Shown here: one piece after another, positions 39,361-51,732 of the stretch | Numbering within the stretch: the stretch's first letter is position 1 | How the letters are laid out: every line of letters starts with the position of its first letter | Assembly (NCBI GenBank): GCA_951406725.2 | Contig: OX597826.1 | Coordinates: forward strand, 10,912,001-10,976,000 | From: Octopus vulgaris | Taxonomy: Eukaryota | Direction: 5' to 3' | Length of the DNA stretch: 64,000 bases | Translations under genes and position numbers: made by a program | Notes under the pieces: model-generated | Seen by the model: the letters and a program-made list of their open reading frames with translations, nothing else | Databases searched by the model: none | What the model was told of the DNA's origin: nothing

Positions 39361-39769
39361 AATTTCAATATATTTATTATTATATACTTTACTTTTTAAC
39401 TCTAAAATCTATCAGCGCTGGTTGATGAGATCGAAAGATCGATGTTAGCAAAAGCAAGAGAAAGAAAATGAAATATACATATAATGTAAATGTGTTATAA
39501 GCTATCAAAGGAAAGCGGAAAAAAAAAAAAAGCTACAATCTAAATGAATGGAAAGGGTATTAGGCGGTCTGTTTGCGTTGTGGTGGCTGTTATTTGTGAA
39601 CAATATTTGTTAGTGTCAATTTGAAAATGTACAAATGAAGCGAGGATGCATGGTAGACATGATGGAGCATTACTTCCGTGATTCACTCACACAGGCTGTG
39701 CTGGAGAGGGATTTTGTTTAATATATATATATGTATTACTTATTAGTATCTCGCTTCCTGTCCCCCTCC

Positions 39770-40577
39770 TTTCAATGGCTCACCCTATCCTCCCACTATC
39801 TTCTCACTCTACGTTTTCCTTTCCTTCTACCATTCCTCTTATCATTTATGTATCTTTCACTCTGCTTTCATTATCTCGTTTTCCCTTTCTCCTCTGCTAC
39901 CTTGCTCTCTCTCTCTCTCTGTCTGTCTCTGTCTCTCTCTCTCTCTGCCTGTCTCTCTCTGTCTGTCTCTCTCTGTCTCTGTCTCTGTCTCTCTTTCTCT
40001 CTCTCTCCTTTCATTACCACATTTTTCTTTTCTTCCCTTACTTCTTTCTCACGCCTTCCTTTCCATTATCTCGTTTTCTTTTCCTATCCTGTCCCGCTAT
40101 TTCTTTTCTCTTTCACTCATTTTCCTTCATCACACATTTGTACCCTTTCTTTTCTTTCATTCTTTAAATTATCTCGCTTCTTTATCTTTTCCCCCCTCTT
40201 TCCGTCCTTTATACCTTTCTTTCACTTCTCTTCTCTCTCTCTCTCTCTCTTAGTGCCCTCACTTTTACTTCTTTTTCTCTTCCACTGTCTTATCTCTATT
40301 TTAATTCCTTTTCTTTATTTTTCTTTCTCCGCCTACTACTCCTCTCCTTTTCTTTCTCTTCTTTACTCTCTCTCTCTCTCTATTTTTCCATACCCCCCTC
40401 CCACCTTTTTTGCCTTTCCTTTATCTCCTCTTCATCCTTTTCCTTTACCATCTCCTCTCGCCTTTTCCCTTTCTCTTTATTTCTCTCTCGCCCTTTTTCT
40501 TTACCTTTTCTCTTCTTTCACTTTCCTCCTATTTCTCTTTCTCCCTCCCTCTCTCTCTCTCATCTCTTTCTCCTCAC
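39770..40577 (+). repeat. about 800-bp polypyrimidine/polypurine tract
   Basis: Overwhelmingly C/T on the plus strand. Confidence 0.95.
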
Positions 40578-41099
40578 GTACAGCCTGACGAGACTACGGC
40601 GAGATCTCGCTGCTGCTGCATCAGATCGGGTTCAACGGACGGTGCCGAGGCCAGTTCGTCCTCAGTTGCCGGCCAAATGCTTTACCTTTTATTTACCCTT
40701 TACTTGCTGCAATCATTGAACTGCGGCCATGCTGGGGCACGAAACAGAATGAGGCATTCTTTCGATATAACGCCATCGTCCCTAGTACTTATTATTTAAA
40801 GTTCTAGCGGTTCGTTTTGTCGAATATCTAAGTTACGGGGACGTAAACAAACCAGCACCGGTTGCCAAGCAGTGGTGAGGGGCAAAAAACAAATGCGTAT
40901 GTAGATATATATGCGCGCACACACATGCATTTTTTTTTTGTCAGACATTAGATTGCGGCCATGCTGGGGCAGCGCCTTGAAGAATTTCAGTGGAACGAAT
41001 CGCCCCCCCCCCCCCCCAGTATTTATTTATTTTTTTAAAGCCTGTTATTCTATCTTCGGGGCTAATGCAGTTTCGCAACTCTCCCTGAAAAATGCATTT

Positions 41100-41357
41100 G
41101 GTACTACTTGAGAACGCGCACTCGCGTAGTCGCGCACTCGCGTAGTCGCGCATCCGCGCTAGCTAGTCATGACTAGTCGATCCTTACTTTGTGTTTTTGT
41201 GTTATTTACTTTGTTTAACAAAAATAATTTATGTAAAAAAAATTTATTTTGTGTTTTATTTACTTTGCTAGGTAGTCGTTGTAGGATCGACTAGTCACCA
41301 CTAGCTAGCGCGACAACGCGAGTGCGCGTACCGGGACCACTGTTCTCAAGTAGTATC
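41100..41357. mobile_element. GGTAC-TIR MITE (Merlin-like)
   Basis: 8-bp TSD ATGCATTT. Confidence 0.85.
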
Positions 41358-41932
41358 ATGCATTTTTTTGAAAAAATTTTTTCGGATTCCTACGTTTTAG
41401 ATGTCGGAGATTACGAATATGCAAAAATAAATTTTTTTAATTTTACCCCCCCCCCTCCCTTCCTCCTTAAAATTTTTGATTTTGTTTACTTTAAAGAGAT
41501 CTTAGCGAATTGATGAACATACAAATCGAAATTAAATCCAGACAAAAACATTAAAGTGAAGAGAATTTGCATTTTACTTGTGTAAATAAGAATTTAATGT
41601 AAATTAAATGTGCACCATTTTATGAGAAACAAACATTAATGTTTAATAATTAATGTTATAAAGTTTAATAAGGGGCTCAAATTTCACCCACTCCCCTAAT
41701 TTTAAATTTTGAACTTTTTCATCCATTTATTTATCTGTCTATCTATTTATCTCTGTCCGTTTATTCATAAAATATATTTGTTAACTAAATATAGCGGTCC
41801 TATAGAGGACGGTGTTACTGTTGTTTTTAGCCCCAGGAAGACATTCATATCTATTTCTTTATACACCTGTCTATATGCTTGCTGAATTTAAAATTTGAAA
41901 ACGTTGTTTCTTGCATCTTCGGAATCTTCCTC

Positions 41933-42332
41933 GGATCTTTTCGGTTTGAACGGCAGTTTTTAACATAATTTCTAGGTAACTAAACTTCGTATACTGGTAG
42001 AATTTGTTTATAAAACATCTTTTTCTCTTGGCTGTATTGAGAAAATTCTATAGTTTGTAAGATATTTGTTGTGTTTTTCTTCAATTTCTGCAATTTCAAC
42101 CAATCACTGACGTCTGTTGAGGTAAAAAAACATTCTGTGCCGTATGAATATGTCCCTCGTTTAAGAAACAGATTGGGTTTGCTTACATTTGTGAAGAAAA
42201 AAAGATACCCTTCCCCCACCCCTAACCCTAAAACAGATTGAAATGCAATAGATCGATACTAGGGTCATAGTTATGGGTGACAATTTCATATGACACCGAT
42301 AGAAAAAACTGCCGTTCAAACCGAAAAGATAC
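41933..42332. mobile_element. GGATC-TIR MITE
   Basis: Both TIRs present; no clear TSD. Confidence 0.9.
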
Positions 42333-42784
42333 ATACCTGCATATCAAACATAAGGGGGAAAAATTTCGAAAAAGTTCAAAATTTTAGGAGGGGAGTGGTG
42401 GTAGGGAGTTAATTTTTTTTTCTGCATATTCGTAATCTCCAACATCCAAAACGTAGGAATCCGGAAAAATTTTTTTCCAAAAAATGCATTTTTCAATGCG
42501 AGGTGCGAAATTGCATTAGCCCTCTATCTTCCACTGTTGCCGAACCGCTTGGTAACAGGGACGTAAACACACTAACATCAGTTGTCACATCCATTCACTA
42601 GGCTTTAGTTGGCCCAGGGCTATTGTAGAAGAGACTTGCCCAAGGTGCCACGCAGTAGGACTGAACTCGGAACCATGTAATTGGGAAGTAAACTTACTAC
42701 CATACAGCCACGCTTGTGCCTATATTATTTCTTTTTTGTTTCCGATGCGTAAAGGTGATTTCTTTGCTTGTAGTTTAAGTTATT

Positions 42785-43620
42785 ACAACAATTGCAGCGT
42801 GGAAGGTGTTTATAAGCCATTTAAGAAACGAAGTGAATCTAACTGTTTTGTGTGTTTCTTAAATGGCTTATAAACACCTTCCACGCTGCAATTGTTTTCG
42901 TTCCAGCACACGATCTCAGATCAAGTCACTCGCTATGCAAGTACATCTCCGTAATAAGTTATTACAGTGGTTGCTCAACCCCAGTTGTATCCCTGATTGA
43001 GCAGGTAGGGTATGGAATATTACATTATCTTAATGTGTCCTTTCTAATTGTGCTGCCGCTGGTTCTGTTCGTGTTTCTGCTACTGCTAGTATTGGTACTG
43101 TCGTCTCTGCTACTGTAGTAGCCATTGGGGAAGCTGTTGATGTTGCTGCTGCTGTTGCTCGCAAGATGGGAGAAGTCCGAAACGTGGTCCTTTGCTATTC
43201 GTAAGACCCGCAGAAGAGAAAGCAGGTCAAACCCCGACACCGAGAGCATCGACAGATGGATGAATGCGCATTCAGGCTCAGCGGTTGCGTAGGAAGTCAG
43301 GGACAAGAATCAGGAAGAAAGAGTGAGAGAAAGTTGGAGCGAAAGAGTACAACAGGGTTCGCCACCACCCCCTGCCGGAGCCTCGTGGAGCTTTAGGTGT
43401 TTTCGCTCAATAAACACACACAACGCCCGGTCTGGGAATCGAAACCGCGATCCTCCGACCGCGAGTTCGCTGCCCTAACCACTGGGCCATTGAGCCTCCA
43501 CTTGATGTTGCTGCTGCTATTAGGGTCGGCGAGTACCTCAGCTTCATAGACGACTCCCTTGTTTTCGCAGTGGCCTCCTACATGGCATCTCTTGTGGTTC
43601 CTGCATGAGCATCCTGCCTT
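42785..43620 (-). mobile_element. Penelope-like element 3' relic with inverted terminal repeat
   Basis: CSCRNHKRCHVGGHCENKGVVYEAEV matches the Cys-rich linker preceding the PLE GIY-YIG domain. Inverted repeat at 42785-42950. Confidence 0.65.
43160..43500 (-). mobile_element. family C SINE head with a third tail type
   Basis: TSD TTGATGTTGCTGCTGCT. Confidence 0.85.
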
Positions 43621-44464
43621 GAGTGGATTTGGTAGACGGAAACTGAAAGAAGCCCGTCGTATATACGTATATGTATATACAGGTGTGTGTTTGTATCTCT
43701 GTGTTTGTTCCCCCAACATCGCTTGACAACCGATGCTGGTGTGTTTACGTCCTCGTAACTTAGAGGTTTGGCAAAATAGACCGTTAGAATAAGTACTAGG
43801 ATTACAAAGAATAAGTCCTGGGATCGATTTGCTCGACTAAAGGTGGTGCTCCAGCATGGCCACAGTCAAATGACTGTTGTAATATTCGTGTGTGTGAACA
43901 GAGGGGAGAATTACTGATCAAAGAGGTTGCTTTTTACGATATGATTTGAGTAGTAATGATGGCATCTTGTGTTACTACTGCTCGTCATATGAGGAAAAAA
44001 ATCTCTTTAGCTTAACTTTACAGAAACCAGATTTAAGTATTAATATATGCACCCTGAGATTCAGAATGGATAAGTATGCCAATCAAGAAGGATTTAATTT
44101 GTTAATCAGACACACACACAAAAAAAAAAAGGTGAGTATAGAAAGTTAAATCAGTAGACATAATCGATAAAGTAATCACCTAATTATCTCCCTTGCACTT
44201 TCGGTTTGGTCGTTATAATAATTTCTTCCATCTTCTATAGTAGAAGGCCTGAAATCTTGTGTGGAGTAGGGTAGTCGATTACATCGACTCTAGTGCTCAG
44301 CTAGTACTTATTTGACCGACTCTGAAAGAATGAAAGGCAAAGTCGATCTCTGTGGCATTTGAATTTACAATATAAACCCGGAAGATTTGTCGCTAAGTAT
44401 TTTATCCGACGCGGTGACGATTCTGCCAGCTCCCACCTTCTTAATGATTATTATAATAATGCTT

Positions 44465-44881
44465 GGATCTTTTCGGTTTGAACGGCAGTTTTTAACATAA
44501 TTTCTAGCTAACTAAAAAATTTGAAACTTCGTATACTGGTAGAATGTGTTTATAAAACATCTTTTTCTCTTGGCTTTATTGAGAAAATTCTATAGTTTGT
44601 AAGATATTTGTTGTTTTTTCTTCAGTTTCTGCAATTTCAACCAATCACTGACGTCTATTGAGGTAAAAAAAACATTCTGTGCCGTATGAATATGTCCCTC
44701 GTTTAAGAAACAGATTGGGTTTATTTACATTTCTGAAGAAAAAAAAGATACCCTTCCCCCCCCCCCACCCCTAACCCTTAAACAGATTGAAATGCAATAA
44801 AGCGATACTAGGGTCATAACTATGGGTGACAATTTCATATGACACTGCTAGAAAAAACTGCCGTTCAAACCGAAAAGATCC
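44465..44881. mobile_element. GGATC-TIR MITE
   Basis: TSD TAATGCTT/TAATTCTT. Confidence 0.9.
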
Positions 44882-45550
44882 TAATTCTTTCTTCATTAAC
44901 TACAAGGGTTGACAAAAGCATCGAGAACGTTACGGAGCGATACAGTGTGAGGTTACATAAAAACTGTTTTAAAAATATAGAAATAAATTTTTTTTTTTAA
45001 ATAAAGATAAATTCCCCCCATAGAAGGTTGTCCTTCGATGGCTATTCATGGAAATTCACAAAACAATGTCCTCTCCCAGGGTGCCATGCTGATTTTCTGA
45101 TATCACACTTTTTCTTTACTTTTTTTTTTTTTTTCAACTTCGCTCTTTTTATTGCCTTCACAGTGTTTACCGTTTTACAAAATCAAACTAGAAAATTGGA
45201 CAAAACAGAGAACACAATTGAAAAAAAGGAAAAAAAACAAAACAATTATATTGAATAATCTGTAATTTGAGATTAATATTCAGGAAAATGGCTATCTTAT
45301 TGCCAACGATGTCTTTAATAATTCTTACTTCTTGCAAAAATACAAAATTTACCCCTAAATGAGAAATGTGGAAAGAAAATTTGGTTAGTGAAACCATTGG
45401 TGTTGTAAAAGATTTTTCTTTTTCTTTTTTTATTTTACTAAACTTAATAGCCATATATTTTAGGAAATAGAGAATATGCGTCCGTGTTCTTTCCCAAAAG
45501 CGTCGGTGAACTAAGTGGGTTTCATGGAATTTAAACTACGTTAGTTTATG

Positions 45551-45724
45551 CAGGGGCGTAACTAGAGTGTGTGTACTATCCAGGATAACCCCTTAGGTTT
45601 ATTCTCTCTCCCCGGCCCCGACCTACAAAAAACCCCAACCTATACAGGCTTATTATACAACAGACCAAAATGTGCGCCCTTGTAAAAGCGTGCCTCCCTC
45701 CCTCACTCACTAGCTACGCCACTA
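45551..45724. mobile_element. hAT-type MITE
   Basis: CAGGGGCGTAACTAG/CTAGCTACGCCACTA termini. Confidence 0.55.
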
Positions 45725-45797
45725 TCAGAGTTTCATTTTTGCTGAGAGTTTACGGCCCTCATTGTATCAATGCTGTAACAATTTATACAGATGGCTG

Positions 45798-46220
45798 GGA
45801 TCTTTTCGGTTTGACCGGCAGTTTTTTAAATAATTTCCAGGTAACTAAACACTTTTAAACTTCGTATACTGGTAGAATGTGTTTATAAAACATCTTTTTC
45901 TCTTGGCTTTATTGAGAAAATTCTATAGTTTGTAAGATATTTGTTGTTTTTGTTTTTTTTCAATTTCTGCGATTTCAACCAATCAATGACGTCTTTTGAG
46001 GTAAAAACATTCTGTGCCGTATGAAAATGTCTCTCGTTTAAGAAACAGATAGGGTTTATTTACATTTGTGAAGAAAAAAAGATACCCTTCCCCCTCCCCA
46101 AACCTAACCCTAACCCTAAAACAGATTGAAATGCAATAGATCGATACTAGGGTCATAATTATGGGTGACAATTTCATATGACACCGTTAGAAAAAACTCT
46201 CGTTCAAACCGAAAAGATCC
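45798..46220. mobile_element. GGATC-TIR MITE
   Basis: Perfect 8-bp TSD GATGGCTG. Confidence 0.95.
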
Positions 46221-46772
46221 GATGGCTGTCTATGTTGTTGAAGACATGTATATAATACTTTTAAAAAAAACGTAGTTGAAAGACATTTAGTTTCTCTTTT
46301 GGGCGAATAGATTGTCTAGAAATTGCTGATTGACTAGTATTCACCCACCAATACATTCTGACCTTTATCCTAACAAAAGCGCCCCTGTGTCGTTGCTCAC
46401 TCTACTAGAAATAGCAAAAGTTCCCCTCAAAGCTACACTTTACCATCTTAAAAAGGGAAGAAGGCATTGAATAATGCAATCCTATATTGAGAATGCCAGA
46501 AAAAAAAAAAGAGTTGATAGTCAAGGATGGTACGCCTCTATTCATAGCTCTGCTCCATCACGACTGACCTGAAGCTAAACCATCTCTGGCTGTAACACTT
46601 TAGTGTGCGGTCTAGCACAGCATCCATAGTCTGTGAAATGACCTGATCTGGGTTAGGGTTGGAGTTAAACCGCACGCTGAAGTGGAAATGGCCAAGTAGA
46701 CTGTTCTGTCTCTTCCCAATGTTTTTCCACCGATACTTTACGGGATTCTACTCCTCAGATGGTTGTATAACT

Positions 46773-47190
46773 TATTTCTTTACTACCCACAAGGGGCTAA
46801 ACACAGAGGGGACAAACAAGGACAGATAAAGGGATCAAGTCGAGTATATCGACCCCAGTGCGTAACTGGTACTTAATTTATCGACCCCGAAATGATGAAA
46901 GGCAAAGTCGACCTCGGCGGAATTTGAACTCAGAACGCAGCGGCGGACGAAATACCTATTTCTTTACTACCCACAAGGGGCTAAACATAGAGTGGACAAA
47001 CAAGGACAGACAAACGGATTAAGTCGATTATATCGACCCCAGTGCGTAACTGGTACTTAATTTATCAACCTTGAAAGGATGAAAGGCAAAGTCGACCTCG
47101 GCGGAATTTGAACTCAGAACGTAGCAGCAGACGAAATACGGCCGCGCATTTCGCCCGGCGTGCCAACGTTTCTGCCAGCTCGCCGCCTTA
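46773..47190 (-). mobile_element. family B SINE tandem dimer
   Basis: Two head-to-tail units. Flanks share TGGTTGTATA. Confidence 0.85.
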
Positions 47191-48031
47191 ACTGGTTGTA
47201 TATCACCTTTGCTTCATACGTGCGTTCGTCTCTCCTTTTCTCGGCATATATTTTATGCATCTCCTCCCAGTCTCCACATTGTTATACCCAATTATACTTT
47301 GTAAGAATAAAAACTCTTCGGAATCCTGTTTCTGCCTGCGTTTGTGATATTGGCAAGTCACGAGTCATACAGTTGTTTAATCTACACATTCACAGCATCG
47401 GAAAATTAACGACTATCATTGGCACAGTTCTTGCCTCCCGACTAAGACTATAATAGCAATTCTTTGAAATTTAATACAAGGCCAGAAATTTTGACTTGAA
47501 GGTGAACGTCGATCACTGGACTGGTACTCATTTTATCTATCTAGAAAGAATGAAAGACAAAGTCGACCTCGGTGGTATTTGGGTTCAGAATATAAAGAGC
47601 CGAGAGAAATGCCGCGAAGAATTTGATTCTGCTAGCTCTCCAGCTTAATGGTATTTTCTAATATAGGCACAGGGCCCAAAATTTTGGGAAGGAAGGCTAA
47701 TCAATTAGATCAACCCCACAACTTGACCTTATTTCATCGACATCCATACTTGACTGTTACTTATTTCAGCGACTCAAAATGATGAAAGGCAAGGTGCACC
47801 TCGGCGGAATTTGAACATTTTGTTTGACAGTAATCTCGAACCTTTGTCGGCTGGTACAACATTGATCATAACTCTGCTCGATCCGGACTGACCTTTGTCG
47901 TTCTCCTTCAACAAATTGTTATGTACACAAAATATGATACACGTATAATTTTCAAGGTTTCTCCGTCGACACCACCTGGATTAAACACCACAAGTTTGAG
48001 AGGGAGTAGATTATGCTTTATCAGTTATCTA

Positions 48032-48442
48032 GGAGCTTTTCGGTTTGAACTGCAGTTTTTTCTAGCGGTGTCATGAAATTGTCACCCATAATTATGACCC
48101 TAGTATCGATCTATTGCATTTCAATCTGTTTTAGGGTTAGGGTGGGGGAAGGGTATATTTTTTTTTCTTCACAAATGTAAATAAACCCAATCTGTTTCTT
48201 AAACGAGGGACATATTCATACGGCACAGAATTTTTTTTTTACCTCAATAGACGTCATTGATTGGTTGAAATTGCAGAAATTGAAGAAAAAAACAACAAAT
48301 ATCTTACAAACTATAGAATTTTCTCAATAAAGCCAAGAGAAAAAGATGTTTTATAAACACATTCTACCAGTATACGAAGTTTAAAAGTGTTTAGTTACGT
48401 GGAAATTATTTTTAAAAACTGCCGTTCAAACCGAAAAGATCC
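48032..48442. mobile_element. GGATC-TIR MITE
   Basis: Both TIRs present. Confidence 0.9.
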
Positions 48443-48929
48443 ACAAGTTGAAGAGAAGAGTCGAAAATTTTTTTGCGCTTTCTATACACTAAAGGCGGTG
48501 CTCCAGCATGTCCGCAGTCAAATGACTGAAACAAGTAAAAGAATAATAAACGAATACTTCTGATTTACTAATGGGGAAAATATTTTCTATGAGAGTTATC
48601 TCCCTTACAATATAACGCGCTTACGTACACACAGACGATGTGAGAGGTGCTGAAAAGTTCCTGGCTTTGAATGAAAGAAAATAACCCTAACCCTGATCCA
48701 CACACTTATTGCAGCGATCGTTTTAAGCTCAGAAGGCTGGACCTCCGACCAGGCGTTTAACGACACCCTTGAAGCCAAGAACCTTTCAGCACCCCTTTCG
48801 TATCTTCTACATAAATGTGAGTGTTTAAATGTGTTTAGCCCCAAAACGCTCTGAAACGGTGCATCTTCGAGAAAAACGAATTTGATTTCCGAAATCAGCA
48901 TCCCAAAGACACGTCCGTAAATAATAATA

Positions 48930-49400
48930 ATAATAATCCTTTCCACTATAGGCACAAGGCCTGAAATTTTGGGGGAAGGGGCCAGTTGATTAGTTCAATT
49001 CCAGTACGCAACTCATACTTATTTTAAGGACCCCGAAAAGATGAAAGGCAAAGTCGACCTCGGCGAAATTTGAACTCAGAACGTAACGGCACACGAAATA
49101 CCCATTTCTTTACTACCCACAAGGGGCTAAACACCGAAAGGATGAAAGACAAAGTCGACCTCGGCGGAATTTGAACTCAGAACGTAACGGCACACGAAAT
49201 ACCTATTTCTTTACTACCCACAAGGGGCTAAACATAGAGGGGACAAACAAGACAGACAAAGGGATTAAGTCGATCACATCGACTCCAGTGCGTAACTGGT
49301 ACTTAATTTATCGACCCCAAAAGGATGAAAGGCAAAGTCGACCTCGGAACGTGAAGTCAGACGAAATGTCGCTAAGAGTGTCACTCAGCGTGCCAATTCA
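48930..49400 (-). mobile_element. family B SINE multimer
   Basis: Three partial units repeated. Confidence 0.8.
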
Positions 49401-49779
49401 TTCACACACACACACATTTATTTATTTTAAATAGTTTTCATAATCGTACTTGTGTGTGTGTAAAGATATGTTCGTGAAAAAATCTACCTGTGTAGTGATG
49501 ACGTAAGAATCCATTTACATTTTTTAAAACAATATTGATTCCATACACAACACTGGCGGAGGTTAATACAAAAAAAGTAGGAATCTAGAAGCCTACATCT
49601 TTGTTGATACACTCCAGAGCAATGACAAAAGCGCGTGCGAGTAAGTAAGTGTCTTCCCTGACCTATTTATTACGTCCGGCATCAGCGAGCATGTCTGTAT
49701 AAATACTATATTATTTGAAGCGTAACTACATGATGTAAGTCGCCCTAAAATAGGGCAATAGTAAAAAAGAAAAAAATAC

Positions 49780-50175
49780 AGATCTTTTCGGTTTGAACGG
49801 CAGTTTTTTCTAGCGGTGTCATATGAAATTGTCACCCATAATTTTGACCCTAGTATCGATCTATTGCATTTCAATCTGTTTTAGGGGGTGAGGGGAAGGG
49901 TATATTTTTTTCTTCACAAATGTAAATAAACCCAATCTGTTTCTTAAACGAGGGACATATTCATACGGCACAGAATGTTTTCACCTCAATAGACGTCATT
50001 GATTGGTTGAAATTGAAGAAAACAAACAACAAATATCTTACAAACTATAGAATTTTCTCAATAAAGCCAAGAGAAAAAGATGTTCTATAAACACATTCTA
50101 CCAGAATACGAAGTTTAAAAGTGCTTAGTTACGTGGAAATTATGTTAAAAACTGCCGTTCAAACCGAAAAGATCC
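49780..50175. mobile_element. GGATC-TIR MITE
   Basis: Both TIRs present. Confidence 0.9.
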
Positions 50176-50234
50176 AAACTGGGACTTAAACGTGAACATT
50201 TTTCCTCCGGAATTTAAACAAAAAAAAAATCTGA

Positions 50235-50440
50235 ATTTAAGTTTTGGTGGATTCCACCTCGTCTGTCTCTGGTGATGGTGAAAATGTCGAAGTTGTTGAA
50301 TGCTTCACTAATCTCGGCAGAGATTCATAGCAGCATTAATTGCTAGTCTGAAGTCCTAAAACAACTTAGACGATCTGACGCATTTGTAGACGTGTGGCGT
50401 TTGGCGATGCCAATATCTGAGCAAGAGAACAAAGAATTCG
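50235..50440 (+). pseudogene. RTE-clade LINE RT fragment
   Basis: GENVEVVECFTNLG...VWRCQYLSKRTK resembles RTE 'IEVV..F.YLGS...W....LS.RTK'. Confidence 0.55.
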
Positions 50441-51327
50441 GGAGCGCCAGCTCAGACTGTTTGGCCATGTTCCTCAATTTTCCGAGTCAGGCCTTGCTTA
50501 TCGTGATCTCTTCATCGAGGATCAGGTTGGGTTGACAGCTCCTGTTGGTTGATGCCACAGGTCACTGCAGATAGGGCAGTATCTTGCAGAGATGGAAACT
50601 GATTGAAACTCCGCTCGATGAGTTGCCCGGGAGAATCCGAGAATATACCGACAAACGGTGAATGCAACAACGCTCTGCAACGGCGCATACCCCCACATCT
50701 GAACCCGAATATATACATGTATACATATGTGTGTATACATTTATGGATTGTAGTCATGTTGGAGCACTGCCTTGAAAAGTCTAGTGGAATATATCTACCC
50801 CAATACTAACTTTTTTTTTATGTCTGGTACTTTTCTTTTGCCGAACTGCTTAGTTACGGAGATGTATATAAACCAGCACCTTTCATCAAGCAGTGGATGA
50901 GGATAAACACAAGCGGTGGATGGGAGATAGGCACAAACATACACATGTTTTTGTTTGTTTGTGCCTCCTCGCATGACAACCGGTGTTGGCCGATTACGTT
51001 CCCGTAATCTAGCGATTCGGTAAGGACAGACAGAATAAATTCTAGGCTTAGAAAAAATGATTACGAGGTTTGATCTGTTTGATTAAAACCCTTCAAGGTG
51101 GTGCACCAGCATGGCCGTGGTTCAGTGACTGAAGCAAGTTAATGATAAAAGATCCAAGCCTTGTACGTGAAGCTGGATAAATGGAAATTGTAGCAGCCTG
51201 TCGGATAGATTGTATTTGTGACTCGAAGGTCTAACTTTTTCACAAGTTGGGATCTTTTCTTTTTGATGGACGGAATTTTCTAGTTAACTAAACAATTTGA
51301 AACTTCGTATACTGATCCGCGTGGAGA

Positions 51328-51732
51328 TGTAGTGTGATATAGCTCCTTGGATAATTTAAAATTCGCTACTACTCACCCTATATAAACAGTTTGGCGCTTA
51401 ACTTAGCCAGACGGTCTCGGTAGACCGCTATGGGCATTTGCGTAGATCACCTTGAGCACTCACAAAGGGTAGACTGCTAAGACGACCATCTCGAGCACTC
51501 GACAAGACCACACCGGGCAAGAAACGACTTCGGACGCTCACACACGATGTATCACAGCCAGCCTTCTACAAGACACAGCGCCGTCCTCTCCTCCCAGTCG
51601 GTGGTTTATATTATCGGTATTTTTCTTTTGTAAACAGCCAACGCAGTAAATCACGTCTAGCAATAAATATGTTGAAAGAAGATCGTGTGTTGCTTCGTAT
51701 ATTAAACACCCAGCCAACTAGACCACTCGACA
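51328..51732 (+). mobile_element. candidate LTR
   Basis: TGT..ACA ends with imperfect terminal inverted repeat, TATATAAA at about 51378, AATAAA at 51662, CpG-richer than flanks. No TSD. Confidence 0.45.

Larger units (their letters stand above)
41058..42522. mobile_element. Mutator/MULE-like non-autonomous element with two nested MITEs
   Basis: TIRs longer than 100 bp, GGGCTAATGCA/TGCATTAGCCC. Perfect 9-bp TSD TCTATCTTC. Splits a family A SINE. Confidence 0.85.

Noticed and set aside
39731-40588. 285-aa hydrophobic ORF resembling a membrane protein
   Set aside because: Product of the polypyrimidine tract (F/L/S/P only).
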